64,000 bases of DNA from positions 27,783 to 91,782 of the forward strand of contig CALXTM010000004.1 in assembly GCA_944391415.1 (NCBI GenBank), given 5' to 3'. A model generated the notes under the pieces. It was not told where the DNA came from and ran no database searches. It saw nothing but the letters and a program-made list of their open reading frames with translations. This stretch comes from an uncultured Alphaproteobacteria bacterium (GTDB taxonomy: Bacteria; Pseudomonadota; Alphaproteobacteria; RF32; CAG-239). A program made the translations under genes and the position numbers. This document shows positions 9,518 through 24,595 of this stretch, in pieces (position 1 is the first letter of the stretch; every line of letters begins with the position of its first letter).

Positions 9518-9604
9518 TTATAGTCTTTAACCTTCTGCGGTCGGGGTGCGGTGTTTTTTACTGACGGTATTGTCGCAGAATTTAACCAAGAGGATTTTTG
9601 TAAA

Positions 9605-12600
9605 ATGAAGGAATCTTATACGAGCAAAAGACGTGTAAGAAGAAACTTTGGCCGAATCGACGCGGTTGCCGATATGCCAAGTTTAATCGAAGTACAGACA
9701 GGATCTTATAACAGCTTTATTCAAGCAAACGGGGCTGAAAAATGTGAGTTTGCATTGGAAGAAGTATTTAAGTCTATTTTCCCTATCAGAGATTTTTCGG
9801 GTAATGGCGAATTGGAGTTTGTAAAATATGAATTGGAAACTCCGAAATACGATGTTGATGAATGTATTAAAAGAGATATGACTTTTGCCGCACCGGTAAA
9901 GGCAACATTGCGTTTGGTCGTTTGGGATACCGATGAGGCGACCGGGGCTAAGTCAATTCATGATATTAAAGAACAAGATGTTTATATGGGCGATATTCCG
10001 TTGATGACCGACAAAGGTACATTTATTTTCAACGGAACAGAGCGTGTTGTTGTTTCGCAGATGCATCGTTCGCCAGGAGTGTTCTTTGATCATGACAAAG
10101 GAAAGACAGTTTCTTCTGGTAAATACTTGTTTGCCGCCAGGATTATTCCTTATCGCGGATCATGGCTTGATTTTGAATTTGATGCCAAAGATTTGGTTTA
10201 TGCTCGTATTGACCGCAGACGTAAATTGCCGGTAACCTCTGTTTTGTATTCTTTGTATTCTAAAGAGACCGAAGAAAAAATTGCCAAACTCAAAAAAGAG
10301 GGCAAGCATATTGACAGATCCGAAATCAAAGGTATGGATAAAGAAGAAATCTTGCATTATTTCTATGATGTTGATACCTATGAGGCGGTTAAGAAAGACT
10401 GGAAAGTTAAATTTGAACCTGAGCGCATGAAAGGAATTAAATTTGACGTTGACTTGGTTAATGCTGAGACAGGAAAGGTTGTTTGGGAAGCCGGAAAGAA
10501 ATTGAATGCACGTATGGCTCAGAAATTGGCCGATGATGGGTTGGAATATTACAAACTAGCCAGAGAAAAAGTTCTTGGTAAATTCTTGGCCAATAATGTG
10601 GTTATTGCCAAAACAGGTGAGGTTTTGGCCGAGGCCGGTGATGAGATTACCGAAGAATTGCTGGATAAATTGGCTGAAAACAAGATTAAAGAGATTAAAA
10701 TCTTGTTTATTGACGGGGTTAATGTCGGGTCTTATATCCGCAATACATTGGCAATCGATAAAAATTCGTGCCGTGAAGAAGCCTTGTTGGATATTTATCG
10801 TGTTATGAGACCGGGAGATCCTCCGACATATGAGGCGGCCGATGCTTTGTTTAGAGGATTGTTCTTTGATAAAGATCGCTATGACCTATCTTCGGTTGGT
10901 CGTGTTAAGATGAATATGGCTTTGGATATTCCGTTTGAGGAAGCTCCGGATACGCTCGGTACTTTGCGTAAAGATGATATCTTGCGTATTGTAAAACGTA
11001 TGGTCGAATTGCGTGACGGCAAAGGTGAAGTTGATGATATTGATCACTTGGGCAATCGTCGTGTACGTTCGGTCGGCGAGTTGATGGAAAATCAATATCG
11101 TATGGGCTTGCTTAGAATGGAAAGAGCCATTCGCGAAAGAATGTCGTCGGAGAATTTGAATAATGTTAAGCCGCAGGATTTGGTTAATGCAAAACCAATT
11201 GCCTCGGTTATCAGAGAGTTCTTCGGGTCTTCGCAATTGTCACAATTTATGGACCAGAACAACCCGTTGTCGGAAATTACGCACAAGCGTCGTTTGTCGG
11301 CTTTGGGACCCGGCGGTTTGAGCCGTGATCGTGCCGGATTTGAAGTGCGCGACGTGCACCCGACACACTATGGCCGTATTTGCCCGATTGAAACACCTGA
11401 GGGACCAAACATCGGTTTGATTAACTCGTTGGCAACTTATGCGCGTATTAACAAATACGGATTTATTGAATGTCCTTATCGCAAAGTGGTTAACGGAGTA
11501 GTTACCTCGGATGTGGTTTATTTGTCGGCCAATGAAGAAGGCAAATACAGAATCGCCGAGGCCAATGCCAAAGTTAAAGATGACGGACATTTTGAAAATG
11601 AGTTGATTGCCTGCCGTAAAGCCGGTGAGTTTGAATATGCAAAGCCGGAGGAGATCGACTTTATCGATGTGTCGCCAAAACAATTGGTTTCAGTTGCAAC
11701 CGCATTAATTCCGTTCTTGGAAAATGACGATGCTAACCGTGCATTGATGGGATCGAACATGCAACGTCAAGGTGTACCTTTGTTGCGCTCGGAAGCTCCG
11801 TTGGTCGGTACCGGTGTTGAGGCAACAGTGGCCAAAGATTCTGGTGCTACGGTTGTGTGCAAGGCCGATGGTATTGTTGATGCGGTTGATGCCAACCGTA
11901 TTGTGGTTCGCTCCAAAGATGAGCATGCCGCCAATGCCGGTGTTGAAATTTATCGTTTGCAGAAATTCCGCCGTTCTAACCAAAATACCTGTATAAACCA
12001 AATTCCGTTGGTAAAAGTAGGTGATGAAGTTAAAGTCGGCGATATTATGGCTGACGGACAATGCACCGATATGGGTGAACTTGCTTTGGGTAAGAATGTT
12101 TTGGTTGCGTTTATGCCTTGGAATGGTTTGAACTACGAAGACGCTATTTTGTTGTCGGAGAGAATTTCGCGCGATGATGTGTTTACATCGCTGCATATTG
12201 AAGAATTTGAGGTTATGGCGCGCGATACCAAACTTGGTCAAGAAGAAATTACCCGCGATATTCCAAACGTTGGTGAGGATGCTTTGCGTAACTTGGATGA
12301 GGCCGGTATTGTTTATATCGGAGCAGAAGTTAAAGCCGGCGATATCTTGGTTGGTAAGGTTACACCGAAAGGTGAATCTCCGGTTACACCGGAAGAGAAG
12401 TTGCTGCGCGCAATCTTTGGCGAAAAAGCATCGGATGTTCGTGATACATCATTGAGAGTTCAGCCCGGTATAGAAGGTATTGTGGTTGATGTTCATGTAT
12501 TCTCACGTCGCGGTGTTGAAAAAGATGAACGTGCTTTGTCAATTGAACAGCAAGAAATTTCGCAGTTGGCCAAAGACCGTGATGATGAAATCGCAATCAT

Positions 12601-13780
12601 CCGTCGTAATGTCGAGGCCAGATTGAAATCAATGCTTGTTGGCCAAAAGGTGGTTGATGCACCAAAAGGTACAATTGCCAAGAATGCAACAATAACCGAA
12701 AAAGATTTTGACAGTCTTGCATCGTCGCAATGGCGTAAAATCGTGGTTAAAGACGAGACAGTAATGTCTAACATGGAAGAGCTTTTGAATGCTTTTGACG
12801 CCAGAGTAGAAAAGGTTCAGAAACACTTTGACGATAAGGTTGAGAAAGTTCAACGCGGTGATGATTTGTTGCCTGGTGTATTGAAGATGGTTAAGGTATT
12901 TATTGCTACCAAACGTAAAATTCAATCAGGTGATAAAATTGCCGGACGTCACGGTAACAAAGGTACTATTTCGCGCGTATTGCCGCTGCAAGATATGCCT
13001 TATATGGAAGATGGTACTCCGGTTGATATTGTTTTGAACCCGTTGGGCGTTCCGTCACGTATGAACGTCGGACAAATTTTGGAAACACACTTGGGCTGGG
13101 CAGCTAAAGAGTTGGGCCGCCAAGTTAATGAGTTGTGGGAACAAGTTAAAGCCGGCGAAAAGACGGAAAAAGAATTGCGTGCCAAATTGAAAGACATATA
13201 TGGCGAAAAACAGTATAAACGTGAGATTGAGCCGATGTCGTCACATGATTTGGATTTGATGATTCCAAATCTGAAGAACGGTATTCCGATGGCAACGCCA
13301 GTATTTGACGGCGCAACCGGTGATGATATCAATAATATGTTGACAATGGCTGGGCTTCCGACATCTGGTCAGATTGACTTGTATGACGGACGTACCGGTG
13401 AAAAGTTTGATCGTAAGGTTACGGTTGGTATCATTTATATGATCAAACTGCACCATATCGTTGACGAAAAAATGCACGCTCGTTCGGTTGGTCCTTACAG
13501 CTTGGTTACTCAGCAGCCGTTGGGTGGTAAAGCTCAATTTGGTGGACAGCGTTTCGGTGAAATGGAGGTGTGGGCATTGCAGGCATATGGTGCTGCCTAT
13601 ACTTTGCAAGAAATGCTTACGGTTAAGTCTGATGACGTTAACGGTCGTACAAAGGTTTATGAAGCTATCGTAAGAGGCGAGGATTCATTTGAGGCCGGTA
13701 TTCCTGAGTCGTTTAATGTATTGACCAAGGAAATTAAGTCATTGTGCTTGAATATTGAACTTTTGAACGAAGAAAACTAA
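9605..13780 (+). CDS. rpoB: DNA-directed RNA polymerase subunit beta
   Basis: About 1390 aa with RpoB conserved blocks throughout. The ATG at 9605 ([12 protein letters not shown]) is the likely start within the ORF that opens at 9551. Confidence 0.95.
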   Translation: MKESYTSKRRVRRNFGRIDAVADMPSLIEVQTGSYNSFIQANGAEKCEFALEEVFKSIFPIRDFSGNGELEFVKYELETPKYDVDECIKRDMTFAAPVKATLRLVVWDTDEATGAKSIHDIKEQDVYMGDIPLMTDKGTFIFNGTERVVVSQMHRSPGVFFDHDKGKTVSSGKYLFAARIIPYRGSWLDFEFDAKDLVYARIDRRRKLPVTSVLYSLYSKETEEKIAKLKKEGKHIDRSEIKGMDKEEILHYFYDVDTYEAVKKDWKVKFEPERMKGIKFDVDLVNAETGKVVWEAGKKLNARMAQKLADDGLEYYKLAREKVLGKFLANNVVIAKTGEVLAEAGDEITEELLDKLAENKIKEIKILFIDGVNVGSYIRNTLAIDKNSCREEALLDIYRVMRPGDPPTYEAADALFRGLFFDKDRYDLSSVGRVKMNMALDIPFEEAPDTLGTLRKDDILRIVKRMVELRDGKGEVDDIDHLGNRRVRSVGELMENQYRMGLLRMERAIRERMSSENLNNVKPQDLVNAKPIASVIREFFGSSQLSQFMDQNNPLSEITHKRRLSALGPGGLSRDRAGFEVRDVHPTHYGRICPIETPEGPNIGLINSLATYARINKYGFIECPYRKVVNGVVTSDVVYLSANEEGKYRIAEANAKVKDDGHFENELIACRKAGEFEYAKPEEIDFIDVSPKQLVSVATALIPFLENDDANRALMGSNMQRQGVPLLRSEAPLVGTGVEATVAKDSGATVVCKADGIVDAVDANRIVVRSKDEHAANAGVEIYRLQKFRRSNQNTCINQIPLVKVGDEVKVGDIMADGQCTDMGELALGKNVLVAFMPWNGLNYEDAILLSERISRDDVFTSLHIEEFEVMARDTKLGQEEITRDIPNVGEDALRNLDEAGIVYIGAEVKAGDILVGKVTPKGESPVTPEEKLLRAIFGEKASDVRDTSLRVQPGIEGIVVDVHVFSRRGVEKDERALSIEQQEISQLAKDRDDEIAIIRRNVEARLKSMLVGQKVVDAPKGTIAKNATITEKDFDSLASSQWRKIVVKDETVMSNMEELLNAFDARVEKVQKHFDDKVEKVQRGDDLLPGVLKMVKVFIATKRKIQSGDKIAGRHGNKGTISRVLPLQDMPYMEDGTPVDIVLNPLGVPSRMNVGQILETHLGWAAKELGRQVNELWEQVKAGEKTEKELRAKLKDIYGEKQYKREIEPMSSHDLDLMIPNLKNGIPMATPVFDGATGDDINNMLTMAGLPTSGQIDLYDGRTGEKFDRKVTVGIIYMIKLHHIVDEKMHARSVGPYSLVTQQPLGGKAQFGGQRFGEMEVWALQAYGAAYTLQEMLTVKSDDVNGRTKVYEAIVRGEDSFEAGIPESFNVLTKEIKSLCLNIELLNEEN

Positions 13781-13795
13781 GGGAAAAGGAGTTAA

Positions 13796-17962
<4,167 letters not shown>

Positions 17963-17980
17963 GCTTTGAAATAAGCAAAT

Positions 17981-18017
17981 AAAAAAAGCTCCTACTGCCA
18001 AGTAGGAGCTTTTTTTG
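17981..18017 (+). terminator. intrinsic terminator after rpoC
   Basis: AGCTCCTACT tgcca AGTAGGAGCT, followed by TTTTTTT. Confidence 0.7.
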
Positions 18018-18094
18018 GGCTTGGGGTATTAAAAAATGCTCAGGCTTGAAAAAAAATAAAATCCATTTAATATGGAGTTGGAGAAACAACAAAA

Positions 18095-19900
18095 ATGTTA
18101 GATATCAAAAAAGGACTGGAAAACTTAAAAGCTCACATCAAAATAGCACCGGAAAAACCCGGCGTCTATCGGATGATTGATGATAATGAAGTGGTGCTTT
18201 ATGTCGGCAAGGCCAAAAATATTAAAAAAAGGATTGTGGCTTATTCACATATAAATAGGTTGCCCAAAAGACTGCAGCAGATGGTGGCGCAAATTGCCAG
18301 AATGGAATTTATTGTGGTTGAAAATGAAGCCAGAGCGCTGTTGGTGGAAAATGAGCTGATAAAAAAATATTCACCACGTTATAATATTTTGCTTAAAGAT
18401 GATAAAAGTTTTCCTTATTTGATGATTGATGAGCATGAGGAATATCCAAGGCTTTCCAAATATCGTGGAACTCGGAAGGATAAAAATCGATATTTTGGGC
18501 CGTTTGCCAGTGTAATGGCAGTAAATGCCGCCGTTGATATTTTGCAGAAAGTTTTTTTGCTGCGGTCATGCCGGGATAATGTATTTAAAAATCGTCAAAG
18601 GCCTTGTTTGATGTATCAAATAAAAAGGTGTTCGGCACCGTGTGTGGGCAAAATAAGTGCTGAAGATTACAGAGATTTGGTTAAAAAAGCAATTGCGTTT
18701 TTGGAAGGAAAAAACAGCGAGATCCAAAAAGAATTGTCGGAACAAATGGAAAAAGCCAGCCAAACACAAGATTATGAGACGGCACTGGTATTGAGAGACA
18801 GAATAAGAGCACTAAGCACCATCCAGGCAAGACAAAATGTTGAATATTCGGAAATTAAATCGGCTGATATTATTGGCGTGGCTGAGGAAAGCAATTTGTT
18901 CGGTGTGGAAATATTTTTTATTCGCTCGGGACAAAATTGCGGTAATGTGGTGTATTTTCCGACCCAGGCCGGAGGAGCCGAAAAGAAAGAGGTGTTGGAA
19001 GCTTTTTTGGGTGAGTTTTATGCCAATCATTTGCCGGCCAAAGAAATTATTGTGAGCGAAGATTTGGATAATAAAGATTTTTGGCAAAAGGCTTTGAGTT
19101 CAAAAGTGACTGTTCCCAAGGCCGGAAATAAATTTAAGTTGGTAAAATTTGCTTGCCAGAACGCGGTTGATGCAATAAGACGCAAAGTGGCCATGGAGGC
19201 CTCGGTCAAAAATAATCTGACGGAATTTTGTAAGCGTTTTGGTTTGGAAAAAATGCCAAAACGAATTGAGGTGTATGATAACTCGCATAACCAAGGAAGC
19301 TATGCCATAGGGGCGATGATTGTGGCAACGCCCGATGGCTTCGACAAAAAAAATTATCGGACGTTTAATATAAAATATACCGATAATACGCATGATGATT
19401 TTGCCATGATGAAAGAGGTGCTGAAACGCAGGTTTGATAAAATGACCAAAGAAAATAAACCTGACGTGATTTTGCTTGATGGTGGCAGAGGGCAGCTTAA
19501 TGCCGTTTATGAGGCTTTGGCCGCCTATGATCTCGAAGGGATTGAAATTATTGCAATTTCCAAAGGACCGGACAGAAACGCCGGAAAAGAATTCTACCAT
19601 ATGAAGAACAAAGAAAGCTTTGCGTTGGAATATCGTTCGCCTTTGGCATTTTATTTGCAAAATCTACGAGATGAGGCTCATAGATTTGCGATTGGAACGC
19701 ATCGTAAAAAAAGAGCAAAGTCAATGTATAAATCATCGTTGGATGAAATCGAGGGAATAGGAGCTAAGCGAAAAAACGATTTGCTAAAGTATTTTGGCTC
19801 GGCAGAGGATGTAAAAGAGGCCACCCTGGAGGATTTGCAAAAAGTTGAGGGAATCAGCAAAAAAATAGCGGAAAAAATTTATAACTACTTCCATAATTGA
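18095..19900 (+). CDS. uvrC: excinuclease ABC subunit C
   Basis: 601 aa with an N-terminal GIY-YIG domain (GVYRMID...YVGKAKNIKKR) and a C-terminal HhH. Confidence 0.9.
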   Translation: MLDIKKGLENLKAHIKIAPEKPGVYRMIDDNEVVLYVGKAKNIKKRIVAYSHINRLPKRLQQMVAQIARMEFIVVENEARALLVENELIKKYSPRYNILLKDDKSFPYLMIDEHEEYPRLSKYRGTRKDKNRYFGPFASVMAVNAAVDILQKVFLLRSCRDNVFKNRQRPCLMYQIKRCSAPCVGKISAEDYRDLVKKAIAFLEGKNSEIQKELSEQMEKASQTQDYETALVLRDRIRALSTIQARQNVEYSEIKSADIIGVAEESNLFGVEIFFIRSGQNCGNVVYFPTQAGGAEKKEVLEAFLGEFYANHLPAKEIIVSEDLDNKDFWQKALSSKVTVPKAGNKFKLVKFACQNAVDAIRRKVAMEASVKNNLTEFCKRFGLEKMPKRIEVYDNSHNQGSYAIGAMIVATPDGFDKKNYRTFNIKYTDNTHDDFAMMKEVLKRRFDKMTKENKPDVILLDGGRGQLNAVYEALAAYDLEGIEIIAISKGPDRNAGKEFYHMKNKESFALEYRSPLAFYLQNLRDEAHRFAIGTHRKKRAKSMYKSSLDEIEGIGAKRKNDLLKYFGSAEDVKEATLEDLQKVEGISKKIAEKIYNYFHN

Positions 19901-19950
19901 AAATAATGTCATAGGATAAAAAAAGAAATAACTTTTTACGGGACAAAAAA

Positions 19951-20625
19951 ATGTATAATATTCCAAATTTGCTTACAATTTCAAGAATTGTGGTGATACC
20001 GGCAATATTCTTGTCGGTTTATATAACGTCGATGTGGTGGGCTATAATTGCCGCCGTGTTGTTTATTGTGGCCTCGATTACCGATTATTTTGACGGATAT
20101 TTGGCAAGAGCCAGAGGTGAAACATCGGCATTGGGCAGACTGCTTGATCCGATAGCAGATAAGTTGTTGGTTACCTCGGCATTGGTGGTTTTGTTGGCAA
20201 AGCCCGGGATGGTAGAATATAAAATCAGCTTTATTCCGGTGATTGTGATTTTGTGCCGTGAAATTTTGGTGTCAGGGTTAAGAGAATTTTTGCGTGAGGT
20301 TAATGTCGGTTTGCCGGTTACCAGGCTGGCTAAGTGGAAAACCGGTTTTCAAATGACGGCATTGTCAATGATGCTTTTGAAAGGTGTCTGGTATTGGGGC
20401 GGCATTGGCGAGATATTGTTGTGGGTGGCTGGTGTGTTGACATTTATTACCGGGTACCAATATTTTCAAAAAAGCCTTGACTATATTTGTGAGACCGAAA
20501 AATGCGCCAAAGTACCGGAATTGCCAAAAATTAAACTTGGCAAATTAAAATTAAAAAAGAAAAAAAGTAATATCGCAAAAGTAAAAACAACCAAGAAAGC
20601 CACTGCGGCTAAAAAGGCAAAATAA
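19951..20625 (+). CDS. pgsA: CDP-diacylglycerol--glycerol-3-phosphate 3-phosphatidyltransferase
   Basis: CDP-alcohol phosphotransferase motif (DYFDGYLAR...G...LDPIADK). The uvrC-pgsA adjacency is conserved. The C-terminal tail is Lys-rich (KLKLKKKKSNIAKVKTTKKATAAKKAK). Confidence 0.85.
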   Translation: MYNIPNLLTISRIVVIPAIFLSVYITSMWWAIIAAVLFIVASITDYFDGYLARARGETSALGRLLDPIADKLLVTSALVVLLAKPGMVEYKISFIPVIVILCREILVSGLREFLREVNVGLPVTRLAKWKTGFQMTALSMMLLKGVWYWGGIGEILLWVAGVLTFITGYQYFQKSLDYICETEKCAKVPELPKIKLGKLKLKKKKSNIAKVKTTKKATAAKKAK

Positions 20626-20641
20626 ATTTATAAGGTTTAGC

Positions 20642-21328
20642 ATGGAGCAAGAGCTTAAGCATATTCTTGTCGTGGATGACGATACGCGGTTGCGTAATCT
20701 CTTGCAGAGGTTTTTGCGCGAAAATTCTTTTTTGGTGTCAACGGCTAAAGATGCCGACGAGGCAAGGTTTATGATGAAGCAATATAAATTTAATTTGCTG
20801 ATTGTTGATGTGATGATGCCAAAAGAAAGCGGAGTGGAGTTTTTGCAAAAATTGCGCCAGGAAAGTTCGGTTCCGGTTATTATGTTGACGGCAATGGGAA
20901 ACGTTGAAGACCGAATAATCGGATTGGAGGTCGGGGCTGATGATTATGTGGCAAAGCCGTTTGAACCCAAAGAATTATTGTTACGGATCGGGAGCATTTT
21001 AAAACGCACTCCGACAGAGAAGAAAGAAACCCAAAAATTGGATTTGGGACAGTGTGTATTTGATATGCAAACCAAAGAATTGGCCTCAAAACAGGGGGAA
21101 ATTATGCATATTACCCCGATAGAGCAGAGCCTGCTCGGAATATTGGGTGCTAAGAGCGGACAGGTGTTTTCAAGAGACAAATTATCGGAGATTCTTGGAG
21201 CCGGTCAATCGCCAAGGTCGATTGATGTGCAAATTACCAGGTTGCGTAAAAAGATTGAAAAAGATTCAAAAAATCCTCGCTACTTGCAGACGGTGCGTGG
21301 CAAGGGATATATGTTGCTGCCGGATTAG
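20642..21328 (+). CDS. OmpR-family response regulator
   Basis: 228 aa; the receiver domain (ILVVDDDTRLRNLL...DVMMP...GADDYVAKPF) is very OmpR-like, with a winged-helix C-terminus. Confidence 0.85.
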   Translation: MEQELKHILVVDDDTRLRNLLQRFLRENSFLVSTAKDADEARFMMKQYKFNLLIVDVMMPKESGVEFLQKLRQESSVPVIMLTAMGNVEDRIIGLEVGADDYVAKPFEPKELLLRIGSILKRTPTEKKETQKLDLGQCVFDMQTKELASKQGEIMHITPIEQSLLGILGAKSGQVFSRDKLSEILGAGQSPRSIDVQITRLRKKIEKDSKNPRYLQTVRGKGYMLLPD

Positions 21329-21339
21329 AAGGAGAAAAA

Positions 21340-22695
21340 ATGCATATTGTTTTGCCGCAAAAGCTGGATAATCAATTGAGGTTTTGGCGACATAAGCTGT
21401 TGCCTAGGACATTGTTTTTTAGAACGATGTTGTTGATCTTTATTCCGTTAATTGTGGTGCAAGTAGTATCGGTGGTGGTTTTTTTTGACGGCAGTTGGAG
21501 CCGTATGGGCCGCAAATTGTCGGAAAATTTGGTCGATGATATTTCGGTTATAATTAAACTTCGCGAAGATGGTTTCCCGCTAAAGAAACTGCAAAATTTG
21601 GCAGAAGAAAATTTTCAAATCGAGTTTAAGGTTTATGATGCCAAACAGGGCGATACGGCAAAGAAAAAATTTAAGGCTAACCTTATGGTGGTGGCATATT
21701 TGAAAGAGGCATTGGAAAATAAGTTTACCGATGGAAAATGGGCAATTTTGCTTGATGAACAACAAGACAACAATAGTGATTTGATTATCTTTGTTGAAAA
21801 GGGATCGAGAGTTTATCAGTTTGTTTGCGCAAAGAAAAAAATATTTTCTTCATCGATATTTATGTTTGTGGTATGGATGGTGGCAACCTCAATATTATTG
21901 TTTTTGGTGTCGGTTTTGTTTTTGCGAATTCAGGTAAGGGCTATTGCTGATTTGGCACAAACAGCAGAAAATTTCGGAAAAGGAATTGATGATGACGGCT
22001 TTAAGCCCTATGGCTCATCTGAGGTTAGAAAAGCCGGTTTTGCGTTTATCAAGATGAAAGAAAGAATATTGCGCCAGATTATGGAACGGACACAAATGTT
22101 GGCCGGAATTTCCCATGATTTGAGAACACCGTTGACCAGGATGAAATTGATGTTGGCAATGATGGATAATTCGCAAGATAAAAAAGACTTTTTGACAGAT
22201 ATTGATGAAATGGAAAAAATGCTTAACGGTTATTTGGCATTTGTTAAAGGCGAAGGTGACGAAACTGCGGTTGATGTTAATATATATAAAATGGTGAAAG
22301 ATATAGCTAAGCGGTTTGCTCCCAAAAAAATAAAATGTTTTGCCAAAGAAACAACTTTGGTTATAAGAGCTAAAGAACAGGCCTTGCGTCGGGCTGTAAC
22401 CAATATTGTGGCAAATGCTTGTCGATATGGCAAAAAAGTAGAAATAAGGGTTGAACAGATTAATAAAAAAGTCAGAATTATCGTTGATGATAACGGACCG
22501 GGAATTCCGATAAACAAAAGAGAAGAAGTTTTTAGAGCGTTTTATCGGTTGGAAAATTCGCGTAATAAAGAAACAGGCGGTATAGGTTTGGGACTTGCGA
22601 TTACCAAAGATATTATTACGGCGCATGGCGGAAAAATCATTTTGGAGGATGGGCCGCTCGGGGGGCTTAGAGCAATAATAGAATTGCCGCTTTGA
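21340..22695 (+). CDS. EnvZ-like sensor histidine kinase
   Basis: 451 aa with two TM segments, an H-box (AGISHDLRTPLTRMKL) and N/G boxes (DDNGPGIP, GGIGLGLAI). Confidence 0.85.
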   Translation: MHIVLPQKLDNQLRFWRHKLLPRTLFFRTMLLIFIPLIVVQVVSVVVFFDGSWSRMGRKLSENLVDDISVIIKLREDGFPLKKLQNLAEENFQIEFKVYDAKQGDTAKKKFKANLMVVAYLKEALENKFTDGKWAILLDEQQDNNSDLIIFVEKGSRVYQFVCAKKKIFSSSIFMFVVWMVATSILLFLVSVLFLRIQVRAIADLAQTAENFGKGIDDDGFKPYGSSEVRKAGFAFIKMKERILRQIMERTQMLAGISHDLRTPLTRMKLMLAMMDNSQDKKDFLTDIDEMEKMLNGYLAFVKGEGDETAVDVNIYKMVKDIAKRFAPKKIKCFAKETTLVIRAKEQALRRAVTNIVANACRYGKKVEIRVEQINKKVRIIVDDNGPGIPINKREEVFRAFYRLENSRNKETGGIGLGLAITKDIITAHGGKIILEDGPLGGLRAIIELPL

Positions 22696-22711
22696 TAAAG
22701 AGGAAATAAAG

Positions 22712-23578
22712 ATGAGTGATGAAGAAAAATTGACGGATGATTTGGATTTGCAGGGCTTCAATTTTGATGATTTGCCGGATGATGAACAGAACAATGAACC
22801 GGCTGATAACTCAGATGCAAACATCAGCGGAATTGATGATATTATCGGTGATGATGCAAACGATACCAAACTTGAAGATATGTTAAATGACGATGTTCCA
22901 AGTATGCAAAATGACCAGCATAAAGATGAGAAAATCAAACATGATAATGGCGATGATGAAGTATTGTCGGGAATTATTGACGATGACTTTAGTGAGCCAA
23001 CAGATGCGGATTGGAATGTGTTGTCTGGGGTTAACTCTCAAAATCAAAACATGGATGAGCAAATTAATTTTGAACAGAACAGGCCAGAAAATAATGCCCC
23101 AATGGGGGGAAAAGAGCCGGAAACTACAAATATGCCGGAGCTAACGCATGATGAAGCGGTTGCCGATGATTTTGCAATGACGGATGATTTAGCAGTAGAT
23201 ACAACCACTAAAATGAGTAATAATGAAGACGAAAATTTACTGCATAATGAAAAGGCGTCATATCTTAAGTGGTATAGCGGAAGCCTGCCAGATAAAATGT
23301 TTGAAATCGAAAAAGGATTTGAAAGCGGTAGCTTTGATGCTGATGAAGAGCGCAAAACCATCCATGTCAATGTCGGGTATGACACATATGGTTGGGAAGT
23401 GCAATTTTCTGATGGGGTGGTTATGAATTTGCGAGATGTGAGAGAATATCAAATTCGTAACGGGCGATTGCCTTCGGCAGACGGCAGAATAATCTATGGA
23501 CAGAGCATTTTGGCCTTCTCCGGGGTGGAGCGGATTGTCGTATATAAAAGCGTCAAATACTTTTCTTACGGAATATAG
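22712..23578 (+). CDS. hypothetical highly acidic protein (D/E-rich disordered N-region plus ~110-aa C-terminal domain)
   Basis: 288 aa. It starts 17 nt after the HK stop. The first ~190 aa are Asp/Glu/Asn-rich with repeated DD motifs. The C-terminal part is globular-looking with no recognisable family. Confidence 0.55.
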   Translation: MSDEEKLTDDLDLQGFNFDDLPDDEQNNEPADNSDANISGIDDIIGDDANDTKLEDMLNDDVPSMQNDQHKDEKIKHDNGDDEVLSGIIDDDFSEPTDADWNVLSGVNSQNQNMDEQINFEQNRPENNAPMGGKEPETTNMPELTHDEAVADDFAMTDDLAVDTTTKMSNNEDENLLHNEKASYLKWYSGSLPDKMFEIEKGFESGSFDADEERKTIHVNVGYDTYGWEVQFSDGVVMNLRDVREYQIRNGRLPSADGRIIYGQSILAFSGVERIVVYKSVKYFSYGI

Positions 23579-23584
23579 CCCGGA

Positions 23585-24448
23585 TTATTGTTTTTTGTTG
23601 ATGGGGAAGATCTCTACCCCGTCGGCATAGGTGGTGCTATTTGTGGAAGCGGCCGATGGATTGCCCCCAGAATAAACAGATGAGCGCTGTGATTGCTTTG
23701 GAGCTTTGAGCGCCGGTGAAAGCGGGTAAGCATTTTTGGGAAAACGCAACAACATATAACCATTGCCGCCGCCGTAGGCTGGACCCGAAAAGCCGATGGA
23801 ATAATAGCCGCCAATATAACCATAATCAAGATCAATATAGTCGATGGCAAATACGGTTTTGACATTGGTAGTGCCAATGGTGGTCATTTTGCAATTGTAA
23901 CCAACGTCTTCTAAGACAACATGGTCAAGTTTTTTGGCAAACAATAATGATTTTGCCGGAGTGCATTCGGCAACTTGTCCGCCATAGGTAAGATTATAAT
24001 TCAAAATAAGGCTTAAAGTGTTATTTTGTTTGCCGACGGTTACATCGGTGATTTTGATGTGGTCAACATAAGCGTTGGTAGGAACAACGCCAACTTTTAT
24101 CGGCAGAGTAACATAGTTCTCAAGGCAAGTGTGAGTTTGGGCATCAGCTTGGCAAACTAACATTTTTTGGTAATTGTTGTTATCGAAAAGCTGCAAGAGG
24201 GAATTGTAGATATATTCGGTTGACATTGATAATTTGGCCGGTGCGCATTGGTGAGAACGGCAAACAACAATAGATGTCGGCTGCTTGAGCAAAGGGACGT
24301 TGCTTTCATAGGATGCCGGTGTAGACTGAGAGTCTGTTCCATTAAAGGTAGAGAAATTGCCGCCAAACTGCGAGCGGACATAGTTACAACCACAAAGGCC
24401 GAAAGTAACGGCAAGCACCATGGATATGCGCATTTTTTTATCTAACAT
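23585..24448 (-). CDS. hypothetical Cys-rich lipoprotein
   Basis: 287 aa with signal peptide plus lipobox (LCGC) and multiple paired cysteines. The C-terminal region is Gly/Tyr-rich. Confidence 0.55.
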   Translation of the reverse strand: MLDKKMRISMVLAVTFGLCGCNYVRSQFGGNFSTFNGTDSQSTPASYESNVPLLKQPTSIVVCRSHQCAPAKLSMSTEYIYNSLLQLFDNNNYQKMLVCQADAQTHTCLENYVTLPIKVGVVPTNAYVDHIKITDVTVGKQNNTLSLILNYNLTYGGQVAECTPAKSLLFAKKLDHVVLEDVGYNCKMTTIGTTNVKTVFAIDYIDLDYGYIGGYYSIGFSGPAYGGGNGYMLLRFPKNAYPLSPALKAPKQSQRSSVYSGGNPSAASTNSTTYADGVEIFPINKKQ

Positions 24449-24595
24449 ATTGATATCCTCAATCTAAAATATATGCTATATTATGACAGATGCGCGTAAA
24501 TACAAAGTTTTTTTTGCGGTTATTCTATGGATTTTTTATGTTGGGGCTTGTATTAAATAATTTTTAAGCGCAAACTGATGGCAATCTGATGAAAG

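Noticed and set aside
22015-22938. 307-aa minus-strand ORF antisense to the histidine kinase gene
   Set aside because: It overlaps a confidently assigned EnvZ-like gene, has an S/F/I-rich low-complexity translation, and has no RBS context.
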